Part shown: piece after piece, positions 43,405-51,585 of the stretch
How positions within the stretch are numbered: the stretch's first letter is position 1
Layout of the letters: each line of letters opens with the position of its first letter
Assembly: GCA_947473125.1 (NCBI GenBank)
Contig: CANJDH010000003.1
Location: 3,427-67,426, forward strand
Length of the DNA: 64,000 bases
Origin: Burkholderiales bacterium
GTDB lineage: Bacteria > Pseudomonadota > Gammaproteobacteria > Burkholderiales > JAEUOS01
Reading direction: 5' to 3'
Notes under the pieces: model-generated
What the model was told of the DNA's origin: nothing
Seen by the model: only the letters and a program-made list of their open reading frames with translations
Databases searched by the model: none
Program-made: the position numbers and the translations under genes

Positions 43405-45138
43405 ATGAACGCTCCCGAAGTCAAGCCGCCAGCTCGCAAGCCCATCGGCAGGATCCTTGTCGAGCGCGGCCTTATCTCGGAGGATCAGCTCCTCATCGCC
43501 CTCAAGGAACAGGGGCGCAGCAATCTGTCTCTCGGCAAGCAGCTCATCGCCCTTGGTTTCGTTACCGAAGCGACCCTGCGCGATGCGCTTTCCGAGAACC
43601 TTGGCACGAAAGGCATTGACCTAACTCACATCATTATTGACCCGGCAGCGATCCGTGCCGTCCCGCGAGAGTTCGCCAAGCGGCATTTCCTGTTTCCGCT
43701 GCACATCGAAAGCAACCCTCAGAGGTTTTCGATTGCGATTGCCAATCCGAGCAACGTGGTGGCGCTTGATCAGCTGCGGGCATTGCTTGCGACCAAGCTG
43801 CGCGGCACTTATGAAATCATCACTCTTCTCGCGGGCGAGTCGGAAATTACCCGCGCGATCGACCAGTATTTTGGCCATGAGCTTTCGATCGATGGCATCC
43901 TCCACGAAATCGAGACGGGCGAGATCGATTACCAGAGCCTGACTACCGGAGCAGACACCTATAGTCAGCCGGTTGTACGCTTGGTGGACGCACTACTTGC
44001 CGACGGCGTGCAGCGCGGCGCTTCCGACATCCACTTTGAGCCGGAGCAAAATTTTCTGCGCATCCGTTACCGGATAGACGGCGTGCTGCGGCAAATTCGT
44101 TCATTGCACAAGCAGTACTGGCCAGCTATGGTCGTGCGCATGAAGGTCATGTCAGGGATGAACATTGCGGAAGTTCGCGCACCACAGGATGGCCGTATCT
44201 CGCTTTCGCTGACCGGACGACAAGTTGATTTTCGCGTCGCCGCGCAACCTACGACGCACGGCGAAAACATCGTATTGCGCATCCTTGACCGCCAGCGCGG
44301 ATTGGTACCGCTCGATGAACTGGGCTTGCAGGAAGAGCAACTCGATTTGCTCAAGATCATGATCGCGCGCCCGGAGGGCATCATCCTCGTCACGGGTCCG
44401 ACCGGCTCGGGCAAAACGACGACCTTGTATTCAATACTTTCGCATATCAACCAGGAGGGCATCAACATCATGACCCTCGAAGATCCGGTGGAATATCCTC
44501 TAAGCATGGTGCGCCAGACCTCGGTCAACGAGGCCGTCAAGCTCGACTTCGCCAGCGGCATTCGCTCCCTGATGCGCCAGGACCCCGATGTCATCCTGGT
44601 CGGCGAGATTCGCGACAGTGACACCGCGGACATGGCCTTTCGCGCCGCCATGACCGGGCATCAGGTCTATTCGACATTGCATACCAATTCGGCAGTGGGT
44701 TCAATACCACGCCTGCTTGACATCGGCATCATGTCCGACATCATGTCCGGCAACATCATCGGCATCATTGCGCAACGACTGGTGCGACGTGTTTGCACCC
44801 ATTGCCGTGAGGCGCATGCGGCGGATGAGATCGAATGCCGATTCATGGGCCTGCCCGCAGAAAATCCGCCAGTCATCTACCGCGCTGTAGGGTGTGACGA
44901 GTGCGAGAACCAGGGTTATCGCGGCAGACTCACCATCATGGAAATTCTCAAGATGGATTTTGAACTTGATGAATTGCTTGCGCGGCGCGCCACCGTTCGA
45001 GAGATTCTGGAACTCGCCCACGCCAAGGGATTCATTTCCCTGGCCGAAGACGGCGTGCGCCGCGTGCTCGACGGCTCGACGACGCTCGACGAAGTCGCTC
45101 GCGTCGTCGATTTCACCGCGCGCGCGCGCGCGGCGTAG
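43405..45138 (+). CDS. GspE/PilB/MshE-family extension ATPase
   Basis: ASDIHFEP, PQDGRI, GPTGSGKT, EDPVE, RQDPD..LVGEIRD, STLHTN and tetracysteine CTHC/CDEC. Confidence 0.95.
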   Translation: MNAPEVKPPARKPIGRILVERGLISEDQLLIALKEQGRSNLSLGKQLIALGFVTEATLRDALSENLGTKGIDLTHIIIDPAAIRAVPREFAKRHFLFPLHIESNPQRFSIAIANPSNVVALDQLRALLATKLRGTYEIITLLAGESEITRAIDQYFGHELSIDGILHEIETGEIDYQSLTTGADTYSQPVVRLVDALLADGVQRGASDIHFEPEQNFLRIRYRIDGVLRQIRSLHKQYWPAMVVRMKVMSGMNIAEVRAPQDGRISLSLTGRQVDFRVAAQPTTHGENIVLRILDRQRGLVPLDELGLQEEQLDLLKIMIARPEGIILVTGPTGSGKTTTLYSILSHINQEGINIMTLEDPVEYPLSMVRQTSVNEAVKLDFASGIRSLMRQDPDVILVGEIRDSDTADMAFRAAMTGHQVYSTLHTNSAVGSIPRLLDIGIMSDIMSGNIIGIIAQRLVRRVCTHCREAHAADEIECRFMGLPAENPPVIYRAVGCDECENQGYRGRLTIMEILKMDFELDELLARRATVREILELAHAKGFISLAEDGVRRVLDGSTTLDEVARVVDFTARARAA

Positions 45139-45151
45139 AAAAGAACCAGCA

Positions 45152-46357
45152 ATGGCGATATTCGCCTACAAATCGATTGATAGCGACGGCAAGCGCGTCA
45201 GCGGCCGCCTTGAGGCGGTCAATATTGTCGACTTGGAGCAGCGACTCTCTCGCATCGGGCTCGATTTGCTCACCGCCGAATCGGCCTCATCAGGTGCGGG
45301 CGGGATATTTCGGGGCCAGGTCACGCGCGGCGATCTGATTACGTTTTGTTTCCAGCTTGAACAACTTGCGGGAGCCGGCGTACCACTGCTGGACGGCATC
45401 ATTGAATTGCGTGACAGTACCGAGTCGGCGCGGTTTCGTGAAGTCCTTGGCACCATCACGGAGGCCATCGAAGGCGGCCAGACCCTGTCGCAGGCACTTG
45501 CCGCCCAGCCTGCAGTCTTCAATCAGGTATTCGTCAGCCTGGTCGGGGCCGGCGAGAAGACCGGCCAGATCGTCGAGGTGCTGCGGCGTCTGTCCGACAC
45601 GCTCAAATGGCAGGATGAGCTCGCAGCGTACGCACAGAAAATCGTCATTTATCCTGCGTTTGTCGGCACCATTGTTGTGGCCGTGATCATTCTTTTGATG
45701 ATGTTTCTGGTTCCCGAAATGGCCAAGTTCCTGAAAAACATGAATCAGGAGCTGCCCTTGCAGACCCGCATCCTGATTGCCACATCTGATTTCACTCGAA
45801 AGTATTGGTATGTGGTCTTCGGATTGCCGGTGCTGCTGTTGCTCGGGTTTTTCGCCGTCCTGCGTATTTCCGACCGCCTTGCGTTTCAGGTGGATCGCCT
45901 CAAGCTCCAACTGCCCTATCTGGGACCGATCTTGCGCAAGATCATCCTGTCTCGCTTTGCCAGTACATTTGCACTGATGTACTCCTCCGGGATTACCGTA
46001 CTCGAAGCGATGCAGGTATCCGAAACCGTGGCCGTCAACAGGGCGATAACCGATGGTTTGTCGCGTGCCGGGCAACAGATCCGTGACGGCCAGGGAATCA
46101 GTGCTGCGTTTGAGTCGGTCAACATGTTCCCGCCGCTAGTACTGCGCATGCTCCGCATCGGCGAAACCACAGGTGGACTGGACCGCGCGCTGCTCAATGT
46201 CAGCTATTTCTACAATCGCGAGGTCAAGGAGGGCATTGATCGCGTACAGGCCATGATCGGCCCGGCCATGGTGATGGTCCTGGGCGGCATATTGGGTTGG
46301 GTGCTGCTGTCCATCTTCGGCCCGCTTTATGACACCATCAGCAGGCTCAAGCTATGA
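45152..46357 (+). CDS. GspF/PilC/MshG-family inner-membrane platform protein
   Basis: AGVPL, GEKTG, YPAF and GETTG; duplicated T2SSF domains; start ATG 45152. Confidence 0.93.
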   Translation: MAIFAYKSIDSDGKRVSGRLEAVNIVDLEQRLSRIGLDLLTAESASSGAGGIFRGQVTRGDLITFCFQLEQLAGAGVPLLDGIIELRDSTESARFREVLGTITEAIEGGQTLSQALAAQPAVFNQVFVSLVGAGEKTGQIVEVLRRLSDTLKWQDELAAYAQKIVIYPAFVGTIVVAVIILLMMFLVPEMAKFLKNMNQELPLQTRILIATSDFTRKYWYVVFGLPVLLLLGFFAVLRISDRLAFQVDRLKLQLPYLGPILRKIILSRFASTFALMYSSGITVLEAMQVSETVAVNRAITDGLSRAGQQIRDGQGISAAFESVNMFPPLVLRMLRIGETTGGLDRALLNVSYFYNREVKEGIDRVQAMIGPAMVMVLGGILGWVLLSIFGPLYDTISRLKL

Positions 46358-47976
46358 AGTTCCACTGGCCCGGCATTCAACATCGCGTCCTGCTGATTCG
46401 TGCGAACGGTGCAGATGCCTATGCCGCGCGGTTGGGTGGGGTTGTCAAGGAAGCCGCGTTCCGCATTGACGACATGGAATTGTTCAAAGGCTATTGCCAA
46501 AGCCGCGCGCGCAGCAAGTTCACCGTTCTGGTCGACCTGGTGGAAGAGGATTTCAGGATTGAGACAATCCCGTTCGTGATGGGCCCGGCACGTACCCAAC
46601 TGCTGGAGCGCAAATACGACCAGGCGTACCGGACCACCCAGTTTCGTGCCAGCGTGTCGTTGGGGCGCGAAGACGCCAGCGCGCGATCTCCCGATTCGAC
46701 GCGGCGCGACGAGATGGTTCTACTGATGGCATTGACGAACCAGCAGGCGATCACTCCCTGGCTGGAGGTCATGCACGAGGAGCGTGCCCAGATCCGCGGT
46801 GTCCATTCAATCCCTACGGTTACCGGTTGGATCAACGACCACCTTGGTTCCGCCAACCAGAGTGCAATGTTCGTCACGTTGAATCGCTCCGGCCTGCGCC
46901 AGCTTTACATTGAAGGAGGGCGTCCGCGCTTCTCGCGTCTTGCATCGTTTGACGATGCGGAAGCAGGCAGCGCTGGGGAGCGCATCGCGAGCGAGATCGC
47001 GCGTACCGAGCAATACCTCGCGACATTGCGCTGGCTCCCTCGCGATGGCGGCCCGCTCCGAGTGGTGCTGGTTTGCCCTGCCGAAGTGCGTGCAAACTGG
47101 CAAATCGCATGCGTGAACACCGACAGGCTCGCTTACGAGCTACCTGACTTGGGCGTACTGACGCGCTCGTTCGGAATCCGCACTGAACGCGAAGATGCCG
47201 ATAGCGTCGTGATGCACTCCGATGCGCTTTGGGCGGCAGGCGCTTTGCGTTTCTTGCCCACGATCAATTTTGCCCCGAGCTGGGCGCGCGAACACTACAC
47301 CCACTGGCTCTGGCGCACCGGCATCATCGGCGCAGGCGCGGCATTGTGTGCCGTGGGTACGGCAACCGGCGCGGTGTTGCTGGGCCAGGCCAAGACGATC
47401 GATTTTGATGCTGATCGCCAAGCGGCAAATTCGGCGCGTGCCAATGCCGATTATCAGGTGCTAGCCCAGACTTTTCCGAAAACCGGCGTCACCCCGGAAT
47501 ACCTGAAAGGTGCGGTGCTGGCCCTGGATCCTTATGCGTTGCGACCATTGACACCGGAACCATTACTGATCCAAATCAGCCAGGCGCTTCTCGCCGCCCC
47601 GGCGTTCGCGCTCACTAAAATTGACTGGCAGGTATCCGCCGTAGCCGACGCCGCTCCCAGTTCGACGCCGTTTCTGCGTCCCCGGCCCGCAGGTCCCGCC
47701 GGGGCCAAGGGGGCTGGGGCAAGTGACCGATTCGAAATCGTGATATTGACCGGCGCGCTTGTGGGGGAGAAGGCTGCCACGCCGCGCCGCAAGATCGCCG
47801 CAGCCCGCACTGCAATCGACGCACTGAAGCGAATTCCCGGCGCGGACGTAACGCCGATCCGACTTCCCCTGGATGTTTCCCCGGTAGGCAATCTCAAGGG
47901 TGGTGACGTGGAAGAAGCCCTTGCCAAGGACGCCGATCCCGTGGTCATACGGATTGTCCGGAAGGTCGCCTCGTGA
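46354..47976 (+). CDS. GspL-like (PilM+PilN-type fused) assembly protein, putative
   Basis: ~320-aa cytoplasmic domain, single TM (GIIGAGAALCAVGTATGAVLLG), then a periplasmic domain; follows the platform gene with an overlapping start. Confidence 0.55.
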   Translation: MKFHWPGIQHRVLLIRANGADAYAARLGGVVKEAAFRIDDMELFKGYCQSRARSKFTVLVDLVEEDFRIETIPFVMGPARTQLLERKYDQAYRTTQFRASVSLGREDASARSPDSTRRDEMVLLMALTNQQAITPWLEVMHEERAQIRGVHSIPTVTGWINDHLGSANQSAMFVTLNRSGLRQLYIEGGRPRFSRLASFDDAEAGSAGERIASEIARTEQYLATLRWLPRDGGPLRVVLVCPAEVRANWQIACVNTDRLAYELPDLGVLTRSFGIRTEREDADSVVMHSDALWAAGALRFLPTINFAPSWAREHYTHWLWRTGIIGAGAALCAVGTATGAVLLGQAKTIDFDADRQAANSARANADYQVLAQTFPKTGVTPEYLKGAVLALDPYALRPLTPEPLLIQISQALLAAPAFALTKIDWQVSAVADAAPSSTPFLRPRPAGPAGAKGAGASDRFEIVILTGALVGEKAATPRRKIAAARTAIDALKRIPGADVTPIRLPLDVSPVGNLKGGDVEEALAKDADPVVIRIVRKVAS

Positions 47977-48692
47977 CGCCTGCCCAAACCCGCGATCTGG
48001 CCGTGGCGGCGGTGCTCTGCGCCGCACTGATAGCCGCTGGCGGAGTCGCGGCATTTGGCGGTGAGTGGTTCAAAAACGAAGCGGTCAAGCGCGAGCAGGC
48101 CATGCGCAGGCAGGCCCTGGAAGCCAGTAGTCGTTTGGCGCGAGCCAACGAAGAGCGCGAGCAAATCGGTGCTTATATGCAGCGCTATCAGACCTACCTG
48201 CGCATCAAGGCCATCAGGCCCGGCGTTGGGGCCAGATCCGATCAGGACCCCGAGCAGGGTGAACGGCTCGACTGGATAGAGCGGATCGTCGAAGCTCGCG
48301 AGGCCCGGGCATTGCCGCGCATCGTCTATTCGATTGCGGCACGCAAACCCTACGACGGCCTGGTGGCGCCGGGGCCGGGCCTAAGTTTTTACGCCAGCCG
48401 CATGAAGCTGGAGCTCGGCTTGATGCACGAAGGTGATTTCATTGACTACTTGCGCCGCGTCGCCAACCCGCCGGCCGGCATCTTCCAGATCGAGCACTGC
48501 GCGCTGGAGAATCTCGGATCCGACAAACGGGCCAAAGGCAACCCGGGCACATTGGCAAAGCTTGGCCTTGCCAATGGCGGGAAGGCGCCGCAAGTTCCGC
48601 AAGAAGCCAATCTTTCTGCCATTTGCGAGATCGACTGGATTACCCTGGTTGAAGATACGGCAACCGGAACTCCCGGAGGTACGGCCAAATGA
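47973..48692 (+). CDS. GspM/PilO-like assembly protein, putative
   Basis: N-terminal TM, coiled coil and a ferredoxin-like C-terminus (MKLELGLMHEGD); operon position. Confidence 0.5.
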   Translation: MTPAQTRDLAVAAVLCAALIAAGGVAAFGGEWFKNEAVKREQAMRRQALEASSRLARANEEREQIGAYMQRYQTYLRIKAIRPGVGARSDQDPEQGERLDWIERIVEAREARALPRIVYSIAARKPYDGLVAPGPGLSFYASRMKLELGLMHEGDFIDYLRRVANPPAGIFQIEHCALENLGSDKRAKGNPGTLAKLGLANGGKAPQVPQEANLSAICEIDWITLVEDTATGTPGGTAK

Positions 48693-49207
48693 CCCCCCGC
48701 ATGGCCCTCTGGTCAGCCGTCGTGACAATCGTCGGCTTGAGCAATGTCGCGGCGGCGCTCGCCCAGGAGGCACGCCTGGGGCGCCTCTTCTTTACTCCCG
48801 AAGAACGCCAGAAAATCAATGAAAAGCGCGGGGTCGTCAGCAACGTCAGTGCGGCACCACAGACCGTCATTGTCAATGGCATGGTGGTCCGGTCGGGGCA
48901 ACCGCCGGTGTTGTTTATCGACGGCAAGGAATCGATCGGCGCGGCCAGCAACGCCAGCGCGGCGCGGCAGTTGGCGCGAGGGGTGCCGCTGAAAACCGAG
49001 AGCGGGCGCACGATTGACGCAAGACCCGGTCAAGTGATTGATCTGGCCAGCGGACGGGCGATCGAAAACTATCAATTGGTCCCGGGCGTCGCCGAATCCG
49101 CGCCCAGGGAATCCTTACCCGGCGCGGGTACGGGTGTAGTGCCGCCAGCCCCTTCCGCAAGCGATCAAAGAAACGCCAGCAACCGGCAGCAGGCGCCCAT
49201 CAGGTAG
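48689..49207 (+). CDS. GspC/PilP/MshK-like periplasmic protein, putative
   Basis: Signal peptide followed by LGRLFFTPEER and a small beta domain (VIVNGMVVRS); operon position. Confidence 0.5.
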   Translation: MTPRMALWSAVVTIVGLSNVAAALAQEARLGRLFFTPEERQKINEKRGVVSNVSAAPQTVIVNGMVVRSGQPPVLFIDGKESIGAASNASAARQLARGVPLKTESGRTIDARPGQVIDLASGRAIENYQLVPGVAESAPRESLPGAGTGVVPPAPSASDQRNASNRQQAPIR

Positions 49208-49239
49208 GCGCACGGCCCTGACGAATTGACTTTGCACGT

Positions 49240-50517
49240 ATGAGTCGAGACCTCAACTTGTGTCGCTCTTCCCCACCCGCCCGACGACAGCGCGGCGTCG
49301 TGCTGCTTGTGATCCTGCTGGTCACGATGGCATTCGGTGGATATTTTGGCGTGCGCGCGCTCAATGCGGCCGTGGCTCGTAGCGGCATCCATGAAATGGA
49401 GTCGGAGAAGATCCTCTCCCAAGCGCGGCAAGCGTTGCTTGCCTGGTCGGTCACCACCGACGACAGTTTGCCCTCGGCTACAGTCAGCGGCCTGTTCGGC
49501 ATCCGCGCGTTTCGTCCTGGCAACCTGCCCTACCCCGACCTCGCGACCGGGCTCACCAGTACCACGCCTTCTGATGGCGTTCGCGATATCGGATGCGCCA
49601 GAACCACCTGGGCCGGTAGCGGCACACTGCGCCCGATTACTGCCACCCTGACAAACACCCAGAAGACCGGGATCCGCTGTTTTGGCCGACTACCGGTGGC
49701 AACACTGGGCCTTGACGCCGTCGCTGGCAGCTCCGCTGACGTTTCCGGCAGGTGGCCGTGGTATATCGTGTCGGCCAACCTGGTCAACATCAACCAGGAT
49801 TGCCCTGCCCGCCTCGATGGCACACTAACCAACACCGCACTTGCGACCGGCACCAACGCGTGTGGAAACATCAACACGCCTACCGCGCCGTTTCAGTGGA
49901 TCACGGTACTGGATGAGTACGGGGCCGTCATCTCCACGCGGGTAGCCGCGGTCGTGATTCTCCCCGGCCAAGTCACGACCCGCCAACCCGGCAACGTGCG
50001 CCAGACGCGCTCGGCAACGGCGCTTCCCAGCGCCTTTCTCGACACCGTCGACAATGCCGCGTGCGTTGGAGGTCGGTGCGACAACGGCCGGCTCAACGCC
50101 ACGCCTCTGACCTTCATCCAGTGCGTCAAACCCGCATCAACCGCCGGTGATGCGCGCTTCAGCGCCAACTACGCGTGCACCGACCGTCTCACCTACATCA
50201 CCGTGGATGAGTTGTTTGCCTACGCCGCAAAGCGCATAGAACGTGAATTTACGGCCTGCCTGGCGGAGTTTGCCCAAAACAATGCGAACAAGTACCCATG
50301 GGCGGCGCTGGCCGGTAGCCCGTCGTCAGTCACGGTCGGGAACACCAGTGGCAGCTTTCCCTCCAACGACGCCAGCGCCAACCCGACTTGTGCGAATCAG
50401 CAGGTTTACTGGGGGGGTTGGCAGCGTGCCGCCACCTACACCGTTGCGCCAGACCAGAGCGCGGCGCAATTTTCATTTGCATCCCTCGCCGGCAGACCTG
50501 CCGTTTCGGTGCCCTGA
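49240..50517 (+). CDS. large PilX/GspK-type minor pilin
   Basis: Prepilin site RRQRG|VVLLVILLV lacking Glu5 (typical of PilX/GspK); 10 Cys in the mature part. Confidence 0.7.
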   Translation: MSRDLNLCRSSPPARRQRGVVLLVILLVTMAFGGYFGVRALNAAVARSGIHEMESEKILSQARQALLAWSVTTDDSLPSATVSGLFGIRAFRPGNLPYPDLATGLTSTTPSDGVRDIGCARTTWAGSGTLRPITATLTNTQKTGIRCFGRLPVATLGLDAVAGSSADVSGRWPWYIVSANLVNINQDCPARLDGTLTNTALATGTNACGNINTPTAPFQWITVLDEYGAVISTRVAAVVILPGQVTTRQPGNVRQTRSATALPSAFLDTVDNAACVGGRCDNGRLNATPLTFIQCVKPASTAGDARFSANYACTDRLTYITVDELFAYAAKRIEREFTACLAEFAQNNANKYPWAALAGSPSSVTVGNTSGSFPSNDASANPTCANQQVYWGGWQRAATYTVAPDQSAAQFSFASLAGRPAVSVP

Positions 50518-51407
50518 TGAGAACCAAAACCCACTTCCTTCGTACTGGCCAGCACGGATTCACCCTCGCGGAAATCGCCATTGTCACCATGATTTTGGGA
50601 TTGCTGGTCGTCGGCGTCCTTGGCTCGCTCTCCAATCAGGTCACCCAGGGGCGCATCACCCGCACCGAGCGGCAGCTGGAGGAAATCCGCGAATCGCTGC
50701 TCGGCTTCGCCGCCCGCACCGGATACTTGCCATGCCCCGACACCGATGGCGACGGCATCGAAAATGCGCCGAACCGGGCAGTCGCGACGCCACTCGCCTG
50801 CGCCTCCATTGAAGGTTTTCTGCCCTGGGTCACCCTCGGCGTTTCCCAGACCGATGCCTGGGGCATTCGATTTCGCTATCGCATCAAGGATGAATTTGCG
50901 CGTGCCAGCGCCGCCAACTCTCCCGCCGTCGGTGGCCTCACACCAATCGCAGGATGTGTGGCGACGGCTGGCACTACCGATCCCGCATCGACGGCCGACC
51001 CGAACAATTGCACCTTGGACATTCAGGACACCGGCGACATCCAGATCAATACGCGCGGCGGCGCTACCGGAAAGACATTGATCACACAAGCCGGCGGCGA
51101 CCGCGTTTCAGGCATCGGCGTCCCAGTGGTAATCATGTCGTTCGGGCCCAACGGCTTTGGTGGTGTCGACGCATTCGGCAATGTGCGTCCGTTGCCGCCA
51201 GTATCGAATGTCGACGAGAACACCAATGTGACCACCCCAAAACCGGCATTCGTCCCGGTGTTCGTCGCACGAACCAGCAAAGGCATTGACGCCGGCTGCA
51301 GCGAAACCGCGGCAACAGGAGCACTATGCGAATTCGATGACATCGTCACCTGGATTCCGACACCACTGCTCGTCAGCAAGTTGCTTCAGGCGAATCGCTT
51401 GCCCTGA
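50517..51407 (+). CDS. type IV minor pilin / pseudopilin
   Basis: QHG|FTLAEIAIV class III signal with Glu5; LPCPDTDGDG; start ATG 50517 overlaps the preceding TGA. Confidence 0.85.
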   Translation: MRTKTHFLRTGQHGFTLAEIAIVTMILGLLVVGVLGSLSNQVTQGRITRTERQLEEIRESLLGFAARTGYLPCPDTDGDGIENAPNRAVATPLACASIEGFLPWVTLGVSQTDAWGIRFRYRIKDEFARASAANSPAVGGLTPIAGCVATAGTTDPASTADPNNCTLDIQDTGDIQINTRGGATGKTLITQAGGDRVSGIGVPVVIMSFGPNGFGGVDAFGNVRPLPPVSNVDENTNVTTPKPAFVPVFVARTSKGIDAGCSETAATGALCEFDDIVTWIPTPLLVSKLLQANRLP

Positions 51408-51426
51408 CCTGCACACGCCACGAACT

Positions 51427-51473
51427 GACGTCCTTCGAAAACCGTTGGTAGCCAACGGTTTTCGAAGGACGTC
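51427..51473. repeat. perfect 22-bp inverted repeat with a 3-nt loop
   Basis: GACGTCCTTCGAAAACCGTTGG-TAG-CCAACGGTTTTCGAAGGACGTC, between convergent genes. Confidence 0.95.
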
Positions 51474-51585
51474 CACGAAGAGGCGCATGGATGGCCTCTT
51501 ACAGGTTGCTACCTTGACCAGATTTTGCAGGCGTGACGCGCGCGGCGCGCGCCCAAACTCGGCGGCGACGATCGCCGGAGTCGCT

